A DNA stretch of 30,342 nt, from the IMG/VR virus record IMGVR_UViG_3300049202_000007, positions 1 through 30,342 of that record. One strand, 5' to 3'. The notes under the pieces were generated by a model that was given only the letters and a program-made list of their open reading frames with translations, was not told where the DNA came from and ran no database searches. Made by a program: the position numbers and the translations under genes. This document shows, piece after piece, positions 9,556 through 18,382 of this stretch. The stretch comes from a virus (lineage: Duplodnaviria; Caudoviricetes). Within the stretch, counting starts at the first letter, position 1. Every line of letters begins with the position of its first letter.

Positions 9556-9857
9556 GAGTCAGGGCCCCGCGGGTTGTACAGCGCCACCAGGTAAGCGTTC
9601 AACTCAACGGAGATTTCCAGCACGCCCTGCTGCCAGACTTGCTCAGCCACAGCCTCGGCGGCCTTCCCTTTCAGGCCTGAGCCTGCCGCGATGATCACCG
9701 CGCAGCCGTCGACGCTGAGGGCGTTAATGGCCTGGGAAGCCCCACGCAATCCGCCAAAATGCGCCTCGATCGCGCGCACCGCGGCGAGTGTTGGCTGGAG
9801 GGTATAGGTTTCGTTCATCAGAACGACTTCGATGGTACCGAACAGTGTCTTGCTCAT
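9528..9857 (-). CDS. Tail assembly chaperone G
   Basis: Lies between tail tube and tape measure genes and carries the slippery site. Confidence 0.88.
   Translation of the reverse strand: MSKTLFGTIEVVLMNETYTLQPTLAAVRAIEAHFGGLRGASQAINALSVDGCAVIIAAGSGLKGKAAEAVAEQVWQQGVLEISVELNAYLVALYNPRGPDSGKEKPAAA
9549..9555 (-). other. Programmed -1 ribosomal frameshift site G GGA AAG
   Basis: Minus-strand GGGAAAG in the correct phase near the end of G; same heptamer as lambda G-T. Confidence 0.88.
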
Positions 9858-9896
9858 TCATCAGATCCTTGTGGATCGGGGCCGAAGCCCCTCAGG

Positions 9897-10397
9897 TTAC
9901 GGCGCTACGGCGGCCGGGAGGATTTCCAGGATGTCGGAGTTGATGCCGATCGTGACGTTGCGGCGGACCACGTTGTCAGCGGCCCCGGCGGCCACAGTGT
10001 TGTTCATGACCTTGCCGCGCATGTAGAAGGTGGTCGGCAGAATGGCAGGCGTTGCATCAGGGTCACCATCGTTCAGTGTGATCTTGATGTTGTAGTCGCC
10101 TTTGCTGCGGTCTTTGTGCGCGACCTTGAGCGAGGCCTGGCCAGCATCACCGTTGTCGAGGCCGACGGTCAGAGTCATGTCGCCGGCGTCTGCGGTGCCC
10201 TTGTACTTACGTACCCGGCCATCGCGCAGCGAGGTAAAGGTCACCGAGCTGAACGTGTCGCCGAACTCGCCGAGGTCTTCGATCTCGCCCACTTCGACGT
10301 AGGTGTCAGCCTTGTACTCGGTTTCCGTGTCTGCACCGGACTTGGTGCCCAGCGAGAAGCGGCAGCCGGCGGCTGTGTTGAGGTTGTCTTCGGCCAT
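9897..10397 (-). CDS. Major tail tube protein
   Basis: VGEIEDLGEFGD...RVRKYKGTADAG...DAGQ motif; strong GGAGG RBS; synteny. Confidence 0.88.
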   Translation of the reverse strand: MAEDNLNTAAGCRFSLGTKSGADTETEYKADTYVEVGEIEDLGEFGDTFSSVTFTSLRDGRVRKYKGTADAGDMTLTVGLDNGDAGQASLKVAHKDRSKGDYNIKITLNDGDPDATPAILPTTFYMRGKVMNNTVAAGAADNVVRRNVTIGINSDILEILPAAVAP

Positions 10398-10451
10398 GGG
10401 GGTTCCTCCAAAGGCACATTGGATAAAGCCGCTTGGCGGCCGGGTTTGTGG

Positions 10452-10838
10452 TTAATGCGTGGTTATGACGCGGACCGTGATCGATCCTTGATACGTGACG
10501 CCGTCGGTATCGCGCTGTGCTTCTGCTTGCTCAACCCTGACCGATACCGCCCGGCCAACAGCCAGAGGCAGGCGGCGCTCGTCCAGCGCTGAAACGACCT
10601 CGCCGATGATCCGCTTGACCTCGGCCTGACCGTGCGCGTCTGACCAGACCGAAAGGTAGATCAGACGTTGCTCGCGCTTGCGGCCGGCGATCGGAGAGGT
10701 GTTGTTCGAGATCTCGCGATCGATCGAGACATACGGCATATCGGTGTCCATCGGCGCGCCGTCGTACACCGGGCATGAAACCTCAGCTTCAAGCCTGGCG
10801 AAAAGCGCTTCTTGCAATGCAACAGATGGATCACTCAT
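10452..10838 (-). CDS. Tail completion/terminator protein (DUF3168-like)
   Basis: ALQEALFARL..VYDGAP..PYVSI..LSVWS motif; precedes the tail tube gene. Confidence 0.85.
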   Translation of the reverse strand: MSDPSVALQEALFARLEAEVSCPVYDGAPMDTDMPYVSIDREISNNTSPIAGRKREQRLIYLSVWSDAHGQAEVKRIIGEVVSALDERRLPLAVGRAVSVRVEQAEAQRDTDGVTYQGSITVRVITTH

Positions 10839-11409
10839 CGCTTACCCCCATGCTGGCCTTGCGCAGCGTCCTGGCCACAGCGGCCCGTATGTTCGCCAGC
10901 ACGAACTCACGATTGACGTCTTTGGCCGGGCGCAGCCAGGGATGAGCCGGCCTGGCAGGAATATCCGGATACTTCCCGTAGAACGTGGTCCCATCAGACT
11001 TGTTTTTTGTGTCTCTGGCTCGAAGCGCGTTGCGGCGCCCGGACAGCTTGGACTTGTCACGATTGACTGTGTGCTCACCACTGGCGGCGTTTCGGTCTGC
11101 TCGCCGGTATAGCGTGCCGCTGTACCCTTTCGTTCCGTATTCCAGGAAGCGCAGATAGAAGAACCGCTGAGTGTCGCGCTTACCCCGGATTCCAATCTCG
11201 GCGTTCAAGCCGCTCTTGGAAACGAACACCCTCAGCGCAGAAGCGGCGGCACCGGTGTCTTTCGGGATGAGCTGTCTCATCGTGGCGAGGATTCGATCGG
11301 CGCCTTCCCGCATCACTCCGACCAGTTCGTTATCCATCGTGGCGTGGATGTTGCGCAAGGTCCTACGTAGCTTGAAGTCGCCAGACATTCGCGACCGGCG
11401 GGTAGCCAT
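10831..11409 (-). CDS. HK97 gp10 family neck protein
   Basis: PKDTG, FYLRFLEYGT and PAHPWLRPA motifs. Confidence 0.88.
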   Translation of the reverse strand: MATRRSRMSGDFKLRRTLRNIHATMDNELVGVMREGADRILATMRQLIPKDTGAAASALRVFVSKSGLNAEIGIRGKRDTQRFFYLRFLEYGTKGYSGTLYRRADRNAASGEHTVNRDKSKLSGRRNALRARDTKNKSDGTTFYGKYPDIPARPAHPWLRPAKDVNREFVLANIRAAVARTLRKASMGVSDE

Positions 11410-11412
11410 GAC

Positions 11413-11583
11413 TTATTCCTTGGCCTTGGCCGTCTTTTCGGCGACTGGCTGCGGCGCCTCTACCTGGCGGGCCAGGCCGCGGGCGACCAGGTCGTTACCG
11501 GTTTTCGCGTCAACGCTGAATTCTTCACCCTTGGCTCGATCGCCAACGGCACCAGATAAATTGCCCAGGGATATGATTTTCAT
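11413..11583 (-). CDS. Small hypothetical virion/assembly protein (56 aa)
   Basis: Below the ORF-track cutoff. GAGGTG RBS; MKIISLGNLSGAVGDRAKGEEFSVDAKTGNDLVARGLARQVEAPQPVAEKTAKAKE fills the gap exactly. Confidence 0.8.
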   Translation of the reverse strand: MKIISLGNLSGAVGDRAKGEEFSVDAKTGNDLVARGLARQVEAPQPVAEKTAKAKE

Positions 11584-11592
11584 AAATCACCT

Positions 11593-11925
11593 CTACGGAT
11601 TGGGAACGTTCGAACACAACAGCCGAAGCATGTCGCGCTCGTTGTTGAGCAATGCAGCCTCGATCAGGTAGGTGGTGGTGGTGCCTTTGAAGGTCTCCGC
11701 CAACCGGTTGCCTGCGACCGCATCCGCTCGGGGACGGATTCGGATCTCGGCTGTGACAACTGCAGTCAACTTCTCAGCCACTGGTGCCGTTCGCCCGGTG
11801 GGCAGGGTTATCTCCGCCCACAGCTTGCCGACCTCAACCCAGGTGACATCGAAACCACCGGTGGGATCTTTCACTCTCACCGGTTTCTGCATTACGCAGC
11901 GGTGGTCCATTGGTCCTGCTCTCAT
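11593..11925 (-). CDS. Head closure / head-tail adaptor (SPP1 gp16 / HK97 gp7-like)
   Basis: MRAGPMDHR...DPTGG...W..VGKLWAEI motif. Confidence 0.88.
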   Translation of the reverse strand: MRAGPMDHRCVMQKPVRVKDPTGGFDVTWVEVGKLWAEITLPTGRTAPVAEKLTAVVTAEIRIRPRADAVAGNRLAETFKGTTTTYLIEAALLNNERDMLRLLCSNVPNP

Positions 11926-12224
11926 CAGAAACGCTTCCTGGACCAGAGAAGTCGATCAACTGCCAGTGGAATGGCTGTTGAGATGGTGCCGGTCACCACG
12001 GCCTCGCGGTTGGCGTACCAGTGTCCCACGAGTAACAGCACTGCCTGCTCGACGTCCGGGGTGAATCCCATCTGCTCAGGGCCGATCGGCGCTCCTTCCA
12101 CCAGCTCCCGATCACAGTGCATTGCTACGTGGGATTTGGCCGCCTCGAAGTAACCGGCTATGAGCGCGTCTTCCTCGTCGCCGTCCACCCGCAGGTGAAG
12201 CTTCACGCGTGCCAGATCGATCAT
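11925..12224 (-). CDS. Head-tail connector (HK97 gp6-like)
   Basis: VKLHLRVDGDEEDALI...AVLLLVGHWYANRE. Confidence 0.93.
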   Translation of the reverse strand: MIDLARVKLHLRVDGDEEDALIAGYFEAAKSHVAMHCDRELVEGAPIGPEQMGFTPDVEQAVLLLVGHWYANREAVVTGTISTAIPLAVDRLLWSRKRF

Positions 12225-12443
12225 TTACTTATTCTCTTTCGGGGCCGTCGCTTTCGATTGCTTAGGCGTGGAGGTCTTCGCCTTGCCTTCACCGTCGACT
12301 TCTTCCGCCAGCCCCTTGCCAATCAGGGTGTGGCCGTACTCATCATCGACTTCGTCGAACACCTGGCCGCCCCTCACAGAACTCGATTCGGCACCCAACA
12401 GCGCCGCGTTACCGGCGAATCCCCACAATGCTTTGATTTTCAT
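12225..12443 (-). CDS. Small hypothetical protein after the capsid gene
   Basis: AGGAGG RBS; 72 aa; abuts gp6-like gene. Confidence 0.8.
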   Translation of the reverse strand: MKIKALWGFAGNAALLGAESSSVRGGQVFDEVDDEYGHTLIGKGLAEEVDGEGKAKTSTPKQSKATAPKENK

Positions 12444-12456
12444 GTTGCCTCCTGAA

Positions 12457-12482
12457 ACGAAAAGGCCGGCACTGGGCCGGCC
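12457..12482 (-). terminator. Terminator after the major capsid gene
   Basis: Minus strand reads GGCCGGC-CCAGT-GCCGGCC-TTTTCGTTT. Confidence 0.7.
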
Positions 12483-12499
12483 ATCTAACGGTGCGGGGG

Positions 12500-13705
12500 T
12501 TAGGCCGCGACGGTGAAGCGGCCTTTGACCAAACCTTCACGGCGGCGCACACCCAAGCCGAGGCGCTCTTCGACCAGCAGCGCGCGTTCGTTCTTGATGA
12601 ACTGATCATTGATCAAGCCCATCTTGAACAGGAACGACATACGGTCGAACAGCACCGACGAGCGCGCAAAGTTCGCCACCAGGAACTCGCCGCCAGTGTC
12701 GACATCACCCTCGTCGACACTGTCGGAAGTGACCACTGGGCGGCCCCAAAGGACCGGTGTGACCAAGCCTTGCAGGTTGGCGAACAGGTAGCGGTTCTCG
12801 CCATCCTTCTGCAGCTCGATGTTCATCCAGTCGAGCTCAGTCATCACGATGCCGTCAGCCGACAGCATCGACTGCTTGCGAACCTGATAGATCGCGCGGC
12901 GCACCAGATCGATGGCAGTATCACCAGCCTTGGTCAGGGTGGCGTCGTAGACGGTGGCCTGGGTCATCAGGCCGTTCAGGTTCTCGCCGGTGCCATCGCC
13001 CTTCAGGATCTGCCGCTCTTCCTCGAGCTTGAGGTCGTAGCGCAGCAGTTCCTGCAGGTAGGCCATCAGCTGAGGAACATCGTCCAGCGCCTCGTCGGTC
13101 ACGGGCATCCAGACGGCGATCTTCTTGACCCGGTCGGTCTGGGTCGTGAAGGTCACATTGCTGGTTGGCTTCAAGCCACCTTCCGCGACCGGCGCCGCGC
13201 CGCGGGTGTGCAGGTTTTCCTTGAAGTAGGTGTAGTTCTGCCCCGACACAGGCACGGTGGTGAGCAGGTCACGGATGCGCAGCTCCTGGCGGATGCCTGG
13301 CTGAATGACCGGGTCGTAATTCGGGGCAACGATGCCGGCGCTGGTGACCTTCATTTCCTTCATGCTGGCCATGTCGGATTTGGTCACTTCGATATCGGCC
13401 AAGGAAACGCTCTTCGCCTGCAACGATTTGTAGGCCTCGTCATTTTTCACCAGGTCGATGAAGCTCTTGGCTTCGCCCGGCTGACTGCGAAGCTTGATGC
13501 CCTTCTCTTCCAGCTTCTGGACCTGCTCGATGACACGTTCGATCTCGCCTTTATGCTTTTCGATCTGCGATTTCATCTCACCGGTGACGGTGTTGCCTTT
13601 TTGCAGCTCATCGGCGACAGCGTCGTACTTTTTCTGCAAGCCAGTGAAACCTTCCTTCAGCTGGGTTTCGAGCGTGGCTTTTACTTCTTGGATTGGATCG
13701 GTCAT
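12500..13705 (-). CDS. Major capsid protein, HK97 family
   Basis: Coiled-coil delta domain, VAEGGLKP, ILKGDGTGENLNGL, LWGRPVV, FIKNERALLVEERL. Confidence 0.96.
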   Translation of the reverse strand: MTDPIQEVKATLETQLKEGFTGLQKKYDAVADELQKGNTVTGEMKSQIEKHKGEIERVIEQVQKLEEKGIKLRSQPGEAKSFIDLVKNDEAYKSLQAKSVSLADIEVTKSDMASMKEMKVTSAGIVAPNYDPVIQPGIRQELRIRDLLTTVPVSGQNYTYFKENLHTRGAAPVAEGGLKPTSNVTFTTQTDRVKKIAVWMPVTDEALDDVPQLMAYLQELLRYDLKLEEERQILKGDGTGENLNGLMTQATVYDATLTKAGDTAIDLVRRAIYQVRKQSMLSADGIVMTELDWMNIELQKDGENRYLFANLQGLVTPVLWGRPVVTSDSVDEGDVDTGGEFLVANFARSSVLFDRMSFLFKMGLINDQFIKNERALLVEERLGLGVRRREGLVKGRFTVAA

Positions 13706-14343
13706 GGCGACACCTTAAAAAAATGGTCAAAAGTGGTCGAGAGTGACTTCAGCCCTTCCACGATCGCCGTGGCCTCGCTTCCGCCATCACGGCGTAGCGC
13801 GGGGTAGCCGAGTGAGGCGACTGCTGCCGCCTCCTTCTGAGAAAGCCCCATGCGCTCGCGCAGGGCGTTCTCGAAAAGTCGTATGTCGGATTTAACTGTC
13901 AGGACCTGGGCCTCGGGATTCATGCCGAAAGGCACAAACGACGCCTCCCACAGCTCAGCCTCCTTGATGATCCGGACCCGCCGGCCGGCGCGCTCCTCGA
14001 AGTCGGCCTTGATGGTGTTGAAGCCGATCGACATGCTGTCGAGGATCTCGGCCTTCATTAACTCGTATGCGTCGCGGGCATAGCTCACCGCTAAATTCAC
14101 ACGGCCCTTCAGGAACAGCCCGTGGTCGTCTTGGGTGTAATCGGCAGCGCCAACCAACCGGGTAAGGTCGTGGTACAGTGCGAGCTTCAATTTGCCACCC
14201 CGGGTTGCCTTCACTCGGGTGAACGCGCCAGGCAGAATTACGTCGTCGCCCAGGTCGACGTTGTTGAACACGGCAGCGTAACCTTCGAAGTTACCGGCCT
14301 CGTCCACCGATTTGAGTTCAAACGGGACTTCAAGCTTTGACAT
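13702..14343 (-). CDS. HK97 family prohead protease
   Basis: FEGYAAVFNNVDLGDDVILPGAF, LYHD, SMSIGF, LWEASFVPFGMNPEA. Confidence 0.95.
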   Translation of the reverse strand: MSKLEVPFELKSVDEAGNFEGYAAVFNNVDLGDDVILPGAFTRVKATRGGKLKLALYHDLTRLVGAADYTQDDHGLFLKGRVNLAVSYARDAYELMKAEILDSMSIGFNTIKADFEERAGRRVRIIKEAELWEASFVPFGMNPEAQVLTVKSDIRLFENALRERMGLSQKEAAAVASLGYPALRRDGGSEATAIVEGLKSLSTTFDHFFKVSP

Positions 14344-15538
14344 TGGTCTGCATCTCCCACCGGGTGACCCGGTCGTATTCTTCGCCAGCCAGCGGAGGAA
14401 GGTTTTCTTTGCGGCGAACCTCGTTAATGGTCATCCAGCCGGAACCTCCGGAACCGCCCAAGGCGCCCTTGTAGTAGGTCGCTCGCCCAGCGCTATCAGC
14501 GCGGAGCAGCCCCTCGACAATGAACTCGACAAACTGCGCCGTTCCTGCGAACAGCTTGTCGTTGATCTCGTCCTCGATTGCCTTGATGTAGGGGCTCAGG
14601 CCGAAAGTGATGAAGCCGCTGGTTTGCTGCTCCAAGTTCGAACCCATGATTGAGGTTTTGCCAGCGCGGTTGGCCAGGTAAAGCGGAACGCCCCAAATAC
14701 CAGCGAGCGCTTCCTCCTGGAACTGCTGGGACTCAATGAACTGACTATCCTTCTGGGTCATGCCGGCGGGCACGATCGTTGGCCCACCTTCGAGTAGCCC
14801 CATCTTGCCGATATCCTCAACGTCCCCGTCACGGATCTTGGGAAATTTGTTCAGCACCTGGTCGCGCTGCTCGGACGTGAGGAAGTTTTGGTAAATGACG
14901 TAGCCGCCGGTGAAGCCGCCCTTGCGCATGAAGCGCGCCGACCAGTCCTGCGCTGCCTTGGCCAGGCCCATTGCTTCCTTGTGAAACTCAACCGGCGAAA
15001 GCCCGCAGATCCCGTCCGCGCTGAACAGCTTGAAATGCAGGATGTTCTCTGGCGATACAGGGAACCGCTTGCCCTGAAGGGTGACCCAATACACCAAGTC
15101 ATCTTCCAGATCGATCTCTACCGCATCCGCGCCGACCGGTATAAGCCCGATGAAGTCGCCGTTTTCTGCGCGCTCAATCAGTGCGAAACCGTTGCCGCGC
15201 AGGGCCATGTTCACCACAGCGGCCTTTATGAAATTCAACATCGTCATGTACGGGTTTGGCTTTGCCAAAATCCGCAACGCGCGTTTGTTGTCCTTCACCA
15301 GAACCCGGCCAGATGGCTGATCCTCGTACAGCTTCATCGGCAACCCTGATACCGTTTCGCTCAGGATCTTGATGCAGGACCAGACGATTGGAATCGCCAT
15401 CGCCTTCTTGGGGGTGATGACTGCGCCGGAGCGCGTCTGGCCGCCGATGTCTGTTTGGACTTCAATGTACTCACCCGTCTGGGGATTGTTGAAGCCAAAG
15501 AAACTCCAGCTCATTGGGTTGTACCAGCGAGACGCCAT
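14330..15538 (-). CDS. Portal protein, HK97 family
   Basis: VWSCIKILSETVSGLP, PNPYMT, LRGNGFA, ILHFK, GWMTINEVRRKENLPP. Start reassigned to MASRW at 15538. Confidence 0.95.
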   Translation of the reverse strand: MASRWYNPMSWSFFGFNNPQTGEYIEVQTDIGGQTRSGAVITPKKAMAIPIVWSCIKILSETVSGLPMKLYEDQPSGRVLVKDNKRALRILAKPNPYMTMLNFIKAAVVNMALRGNGFALIERAENGDFIGLIPVGADAVEIDLEDDLVYWVTLQGKRFPVSPENILHFKLFSADGICGLSPVEFHKEAMGLAKAAQDWSARFMRKGGFTGGYVIYQNFLTSEQRDQVLNKFPKIRDGDVEDIGKMGLLEGGPTIVPAGMTQKDSQFIESQQFQEEALAGIWGVPLYLANRAGKTSIMGSNLEQQTSGFITFGLSPYIKAIEDEINDKLFAGTAQFVEFIVEGLLRADSAGRATYYKGALGGSGGSGWMTINEVRRKENLPPLAGEEYDRVTRWEMQTNVKA

Positions 15539-15545
15539 ATTGAGC

Positions 15546-17087
15546 CTATAGAAGTCCGGAATATCCGTTTTTGAGATAGTCGTCGATGTCACCCTTGATC
15601 TCTTCTGGAGCGCCAAGGGTCGCGCCGAACGCCATTGCCAGAGCCGACATGCCGTCGATGCGTCCGGTCGCTTTGTCTTTTGCAAACTTGCGGTTGCCCG
15701 CCGGGTCTTTCTGGATCACCGCGTTGGATGCACACATCGTCAGCACCGGGTGCATGCCGTGGCTGATCCGCCCATTGAGCAGCTCGGACTCCAAGGCGTC
15801 GATGGCAGGGGTCATGTCCTTGTATCCCTGTCCATACTCGACCAAAGGCAGGGTGACCCCCTGGGCCTCGGCGTCACGCTTGAAGAGATCGATGCGGTAT
15901 CGGTCGAAGGCAATTGCTTGGATATCGCCGCCTAGCTCGGCAAGAATCCGGGCGATGTCCGCGGCAACGTAGGCATAGTCCACAGTGGCCCCCGGGGTGG
16001 TTAGCAGCAAACCTTCGCGCGCCCATACCTCATACGCCTCCCGGTCGCGCTTGGCGCGTTCAGCGAGACCCTGTTCAGGCGTCCAGAAGAACGGCCAAAC
16101 ATTCCAGTTTCCATCGCGCTTCCCGATGACGACGAAGGCCGTGAGGTCAGTCCTGAATGAAAGGTCAAGACCGCCGTACAGGTCCATACCGTCTGGGCTG
16201 TCTGGATCATCACCGCAGCCAACCCAAACCCCTTTGGAGACGAAGACCGAGACAGTGGACACGCGCTGATTGAGGCAAAGGTTGCGGAACGTGTTCTCAG
16301 AAGCCGGCATCCGGTTGGCGCGCTCGGCTTGTTTCTCCAAATCGGCCAGCGACCGGAATGAACCGAGCGCGGGGTTGGCCGCCTTCCACCCTTCCGGGTC
16401 GGTGACCTTGCAGTCCTTCGGAGCCTGGTAAACGCGACTGACGATGTGCGGGTCTTGAGACTTCTCCGCATCGTCGAGCCAGATACTGAACAGGTCGCTG
16501 TCCTGCGCCGCCTGGGTACTTATCGCGATCAGCAGCGGCGCCGCGTGAGCACCCTGCGCCGTGGTGATCGCGTCGATGAAATCGCTTTGAGGGCCGCGAA
16601 CCTGGCCAATCTCATCGAGGATGGCCAGGATCGGCGACAGGCCGTGCGCGGTTTTACCTTCGGCGGATAGCGCGCGGTACTCAACGTTCAGCGGCGTGCC
16701 GATCAGCGTCTTGCCGCTCGGCACAATGTGAATCAACGACTGCAGCTCTGGGTTGAGCTGGATCATTTTCACCGCCAGCTTGAACACAAGACCGGCCTGC
16801 TCCCGACTCATCGCGCCAGAAACGATCTGTGAGTTCTGCACCGCCTCCGGACCGACGATGTGAGCCAGCAATATTCCAGCGATTAAGCCGGTCTTGCCGT
16901 TCTTTCGGGCGATGCTGAGGTAGGCGGTACTGGTCCCGTGCGGATTGTCGTAGACCCCCAGGATGAAATCTTTTTGGAACTGGTCAAGAACCAGAGGCTT
17001 GCCAACGTGCTGGCCCTCCGGTACCCGGCAATATTTCTCGATGAACGCGATGACTTTTTCACCGCGCGTTCTGCGGCGGGCGGCCAT
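15546..17087 (-). CDS. terL: Terminase large subunit
   Basis: Walker A IARKNGKT, Walker B AILDE, nuclease GGLDLS..DLTA and RIDG..ALAMA. Confidence 0.96.
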   Translation of the reverse strand: MAARRRTRGEKVIAFIEKYCRVPEGQHVGKPLVLDQFQKDFILGVYDNPHGTSTAYLSIARKNGKTGLIAGILLAHIVGPEAVQNSQIVSGAMSREQAGLVFKLAVKMIQLNPELQSLIHIVPSGKTLIGTPLNVEYRALSAEGKTAHGLSPILAILDEIGQVRGPQSDFIDAITTAQGAHAAPLLIAISTQAAQDSDLFSIWLDDAEKSQDPHIVSRVYQAPKDCKVTDPEGWKAANPALGSFRSLADLEKQAERANRMPASENTFRNLCLNQRVSTVSVFVSKGVWVGCGDDPDSPDGMDLYGGLDLSFRTDLTAFVVIGKRDGNWNVWPFFWTPEQGLAERAKRDREAYEVWAREGLLLTTPGATVDYAYVAADIARILAELGGDIQAIAFDRYRIDLFKRDAEAQGVTLPLVEYGQGYKDMTPAIDALESELLNGRISHGMHPVLTMCASNAVIQKDPAGNRKFAKDKATGRIDGMSALAMAFGATLGAPEEIKGDIDDYLKNGYSGLL

Positions 17088-17563
17088 CAGTGCATCGCTC
17101 GGGGGATCAGATCATCGTCATCCTGGTTCGCCAGGACCTTTTCGGCGGCGCGCTGCTTGGTCGCCTTCTTGCCCTGGTCGCGGGATTCGCCTTGGGTCGC
17201 CTGGGCGTGTACCTGCAACGTGCGGCTCAAGGCCACGGCGCGGCGGCTCAGTGTCTCCAGTAGGCTGTGTTTCGGGTTGATCACCTGAGTGTCGCGAGCA
17301 TTCAGGACAACATCGCCCTCGATATCGATCTCTTTCTGAAGCCGCTCAATGTCCGAGAGGCATCGGGCGAGGTTGCCAGCCATCACCAGATCGGAATCAG
17401 TCCAACTCTCTCGCGTACGCGCGCGCACAATGGAATCCCAAAATGGCTTGTCGGCTCTGCGGATGTTGACGAAACTTGGCGGCTTTATTGGTCCAGCGGC
17501 AGCGGCCTGCATAGCAGCAACCGCCGATGTCGCGCTATCGGAGCGGGTGCGCTTGGCTGTCAT
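17087..17563 (-). CDS. terS: Terminase small subunit (P27-family-like)
   Basis: Coupled to terL; contains EG.V....INP motif. Confidence 0.85.
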   Translation of the reverse strand: MTAKRTRSDSATSAVAAMQAAAAGPIKPPSFVNIRRADKPFWDSIVRARTRESWTDSDLVMAGNLARCLSDIERLQKEIDIEGDVVLNARDTQVINPKHSLLETLSRRAVALSRTLQVHAQATQGESRDQGKKATKQRAAEKVLANQDDDDLIPRAMH

Positions 17564-17599
17564 AGGATTTCTCAGTGCTGCCGCGTGTGTTTTGGCGGC

Positions 17600-17730
17600 G
17601 TTTTCCGGGTTAGCGATGAAGAAACAGGTCGAGGGCGGTCCTATAAGGCGAGAATCGCTATCATTTGACCGCCCCCTGGGGCAATGACGTGCTTCAATCG
17701 GGCCACTGACGTGCTTCAGCGGCGCCGACG
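17600..17730. other. Probable cos packaging region
   Basis: Non-coding gap between HNH and terS, with GC-rich CCCCAGGGGGCGGTCAAA (minus strand) and a 12-bp direct repeat. Assignment rests on HK97-type synteny. Confidence 0.55.
17685..17718 (+). repeat. Direct repeat TGACGTGCTTCA x2 (22-bp period)
   Basis: Copies at 17685-17696 and 17707-17718. Confidence 0.9.
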
Positions 17731-17740
17731 ATAGATTCGC

Positions 17741-18058
17741 TCAATCGCGGTTCCAGTGATGGTTAGGGTCAACCGGTATGCCCGACACGTCGTGACCGGG
17801 CAGGATGCCGGTCCTCTCCTGCCTCTGCTTCGCTCCGTCGTGACAGGGCTTGCATAGGCTTTGCAGATTCGAGGCATCGAAGAACAGATCCTCGTCCCCT
17901 TTGTGCGGCTTGACGTGGTCTACCGTGTTGGCTGCCTCCACCGTACCCAGCGCACGGCACATGCGGCATGTGGGCTCAGTCTGTAGCTGGTGCCAGCGCA
18001 ACCTATACCAGCGCTTGGTCTTGTACAGGTGATGCCAAGGTGATGTGCTCGCCATCAC
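17741..18058 (-). CDS. HNH endonuclease (HK97 gp74-like terminase cofactor)
   Basis: CRMC...VDHVKPHKGD..LFFDASNLQSLCKPCH; upstream of terS. Confidence 0.93.
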   Translation of the reverse strand: MMASTSPWHHLYKTKRWYRLRWHQLQTEPTCRMCRALGTVEAANTVDHVKPHKGDEDLFFDASNLQSLCKPCHDGAKQRQERTGILPGHDVSGIPVDPNHHWNRD

Positions 18059-18216
18059 TCGACCTCAATCTTCAGTCCGTGCCTCACCACCCAGTCAATG
18101 AAACCGGCTGGCACATCGCACCGGCTCATCATCCGGCACCACAAGGCCGCACAGCTGAGCAATGGCATAACCCACCAGCTACGTCTGGTCTTCAGCGTCA
18201 AGTTTATCTTGGCCAT
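18055..18216 (-). CDS. Hypothetical protein (53 aa)
   Basis: AGGAGG RBS before MAKINL; stop overlaps the HNH start. Confidence 0.7.
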   Translation of the reverse strand: MAKINLTLKTRRSWWVMPLLSCAALWCRMMSRCDVPAGFIDWVVRHGLKIEVE

Positions 18217-18305
18217 CACGATCCTCCTGCCATCTTGGCGCCTGCCGCCACACCATTGAGGAATACCAGCACCACCAACATTGATCCCATGCCTTGGAGC
18301 AAGCG

Positions 18306-18334
18306 ATGCCATAGGGCGGCGCATCCACTACAAT
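18306..18334 (+). promoter_or_regulatory. Sigma70-like promoter of the 18383 moron
   Basis: ATGCCA-N17-TACAAT. Confidence 0.55.
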
Positions 18335-18382
18335 TCGATACTTTCCGCTCCCTTCGAAAAGCCCACCTAAGGCAAGAATCTG

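Noticed and set aside
9759-10592. 277-aa + strand ORF
   Set aside because: Antisense to tail tube and DUF3168 genes; shadow ORF.
12491-13807. 438-aa + strand ORF
   Set aside because: Antisense shadow of the capsid gene.
14330-15685. Extended starts in the ORF track (portal, K, L, cI, Rha, LuxR, xis and others)
   Set aside because: The extensions overlap upstream genes or operators; downstream ATGs have an RBS, translational coupling or promoter support.
17741-18058. HNH as a homing endonuclease or defence nuclease
   Set aside because: Size, motif and position before terS fit the gp74-type packaging cofactor.
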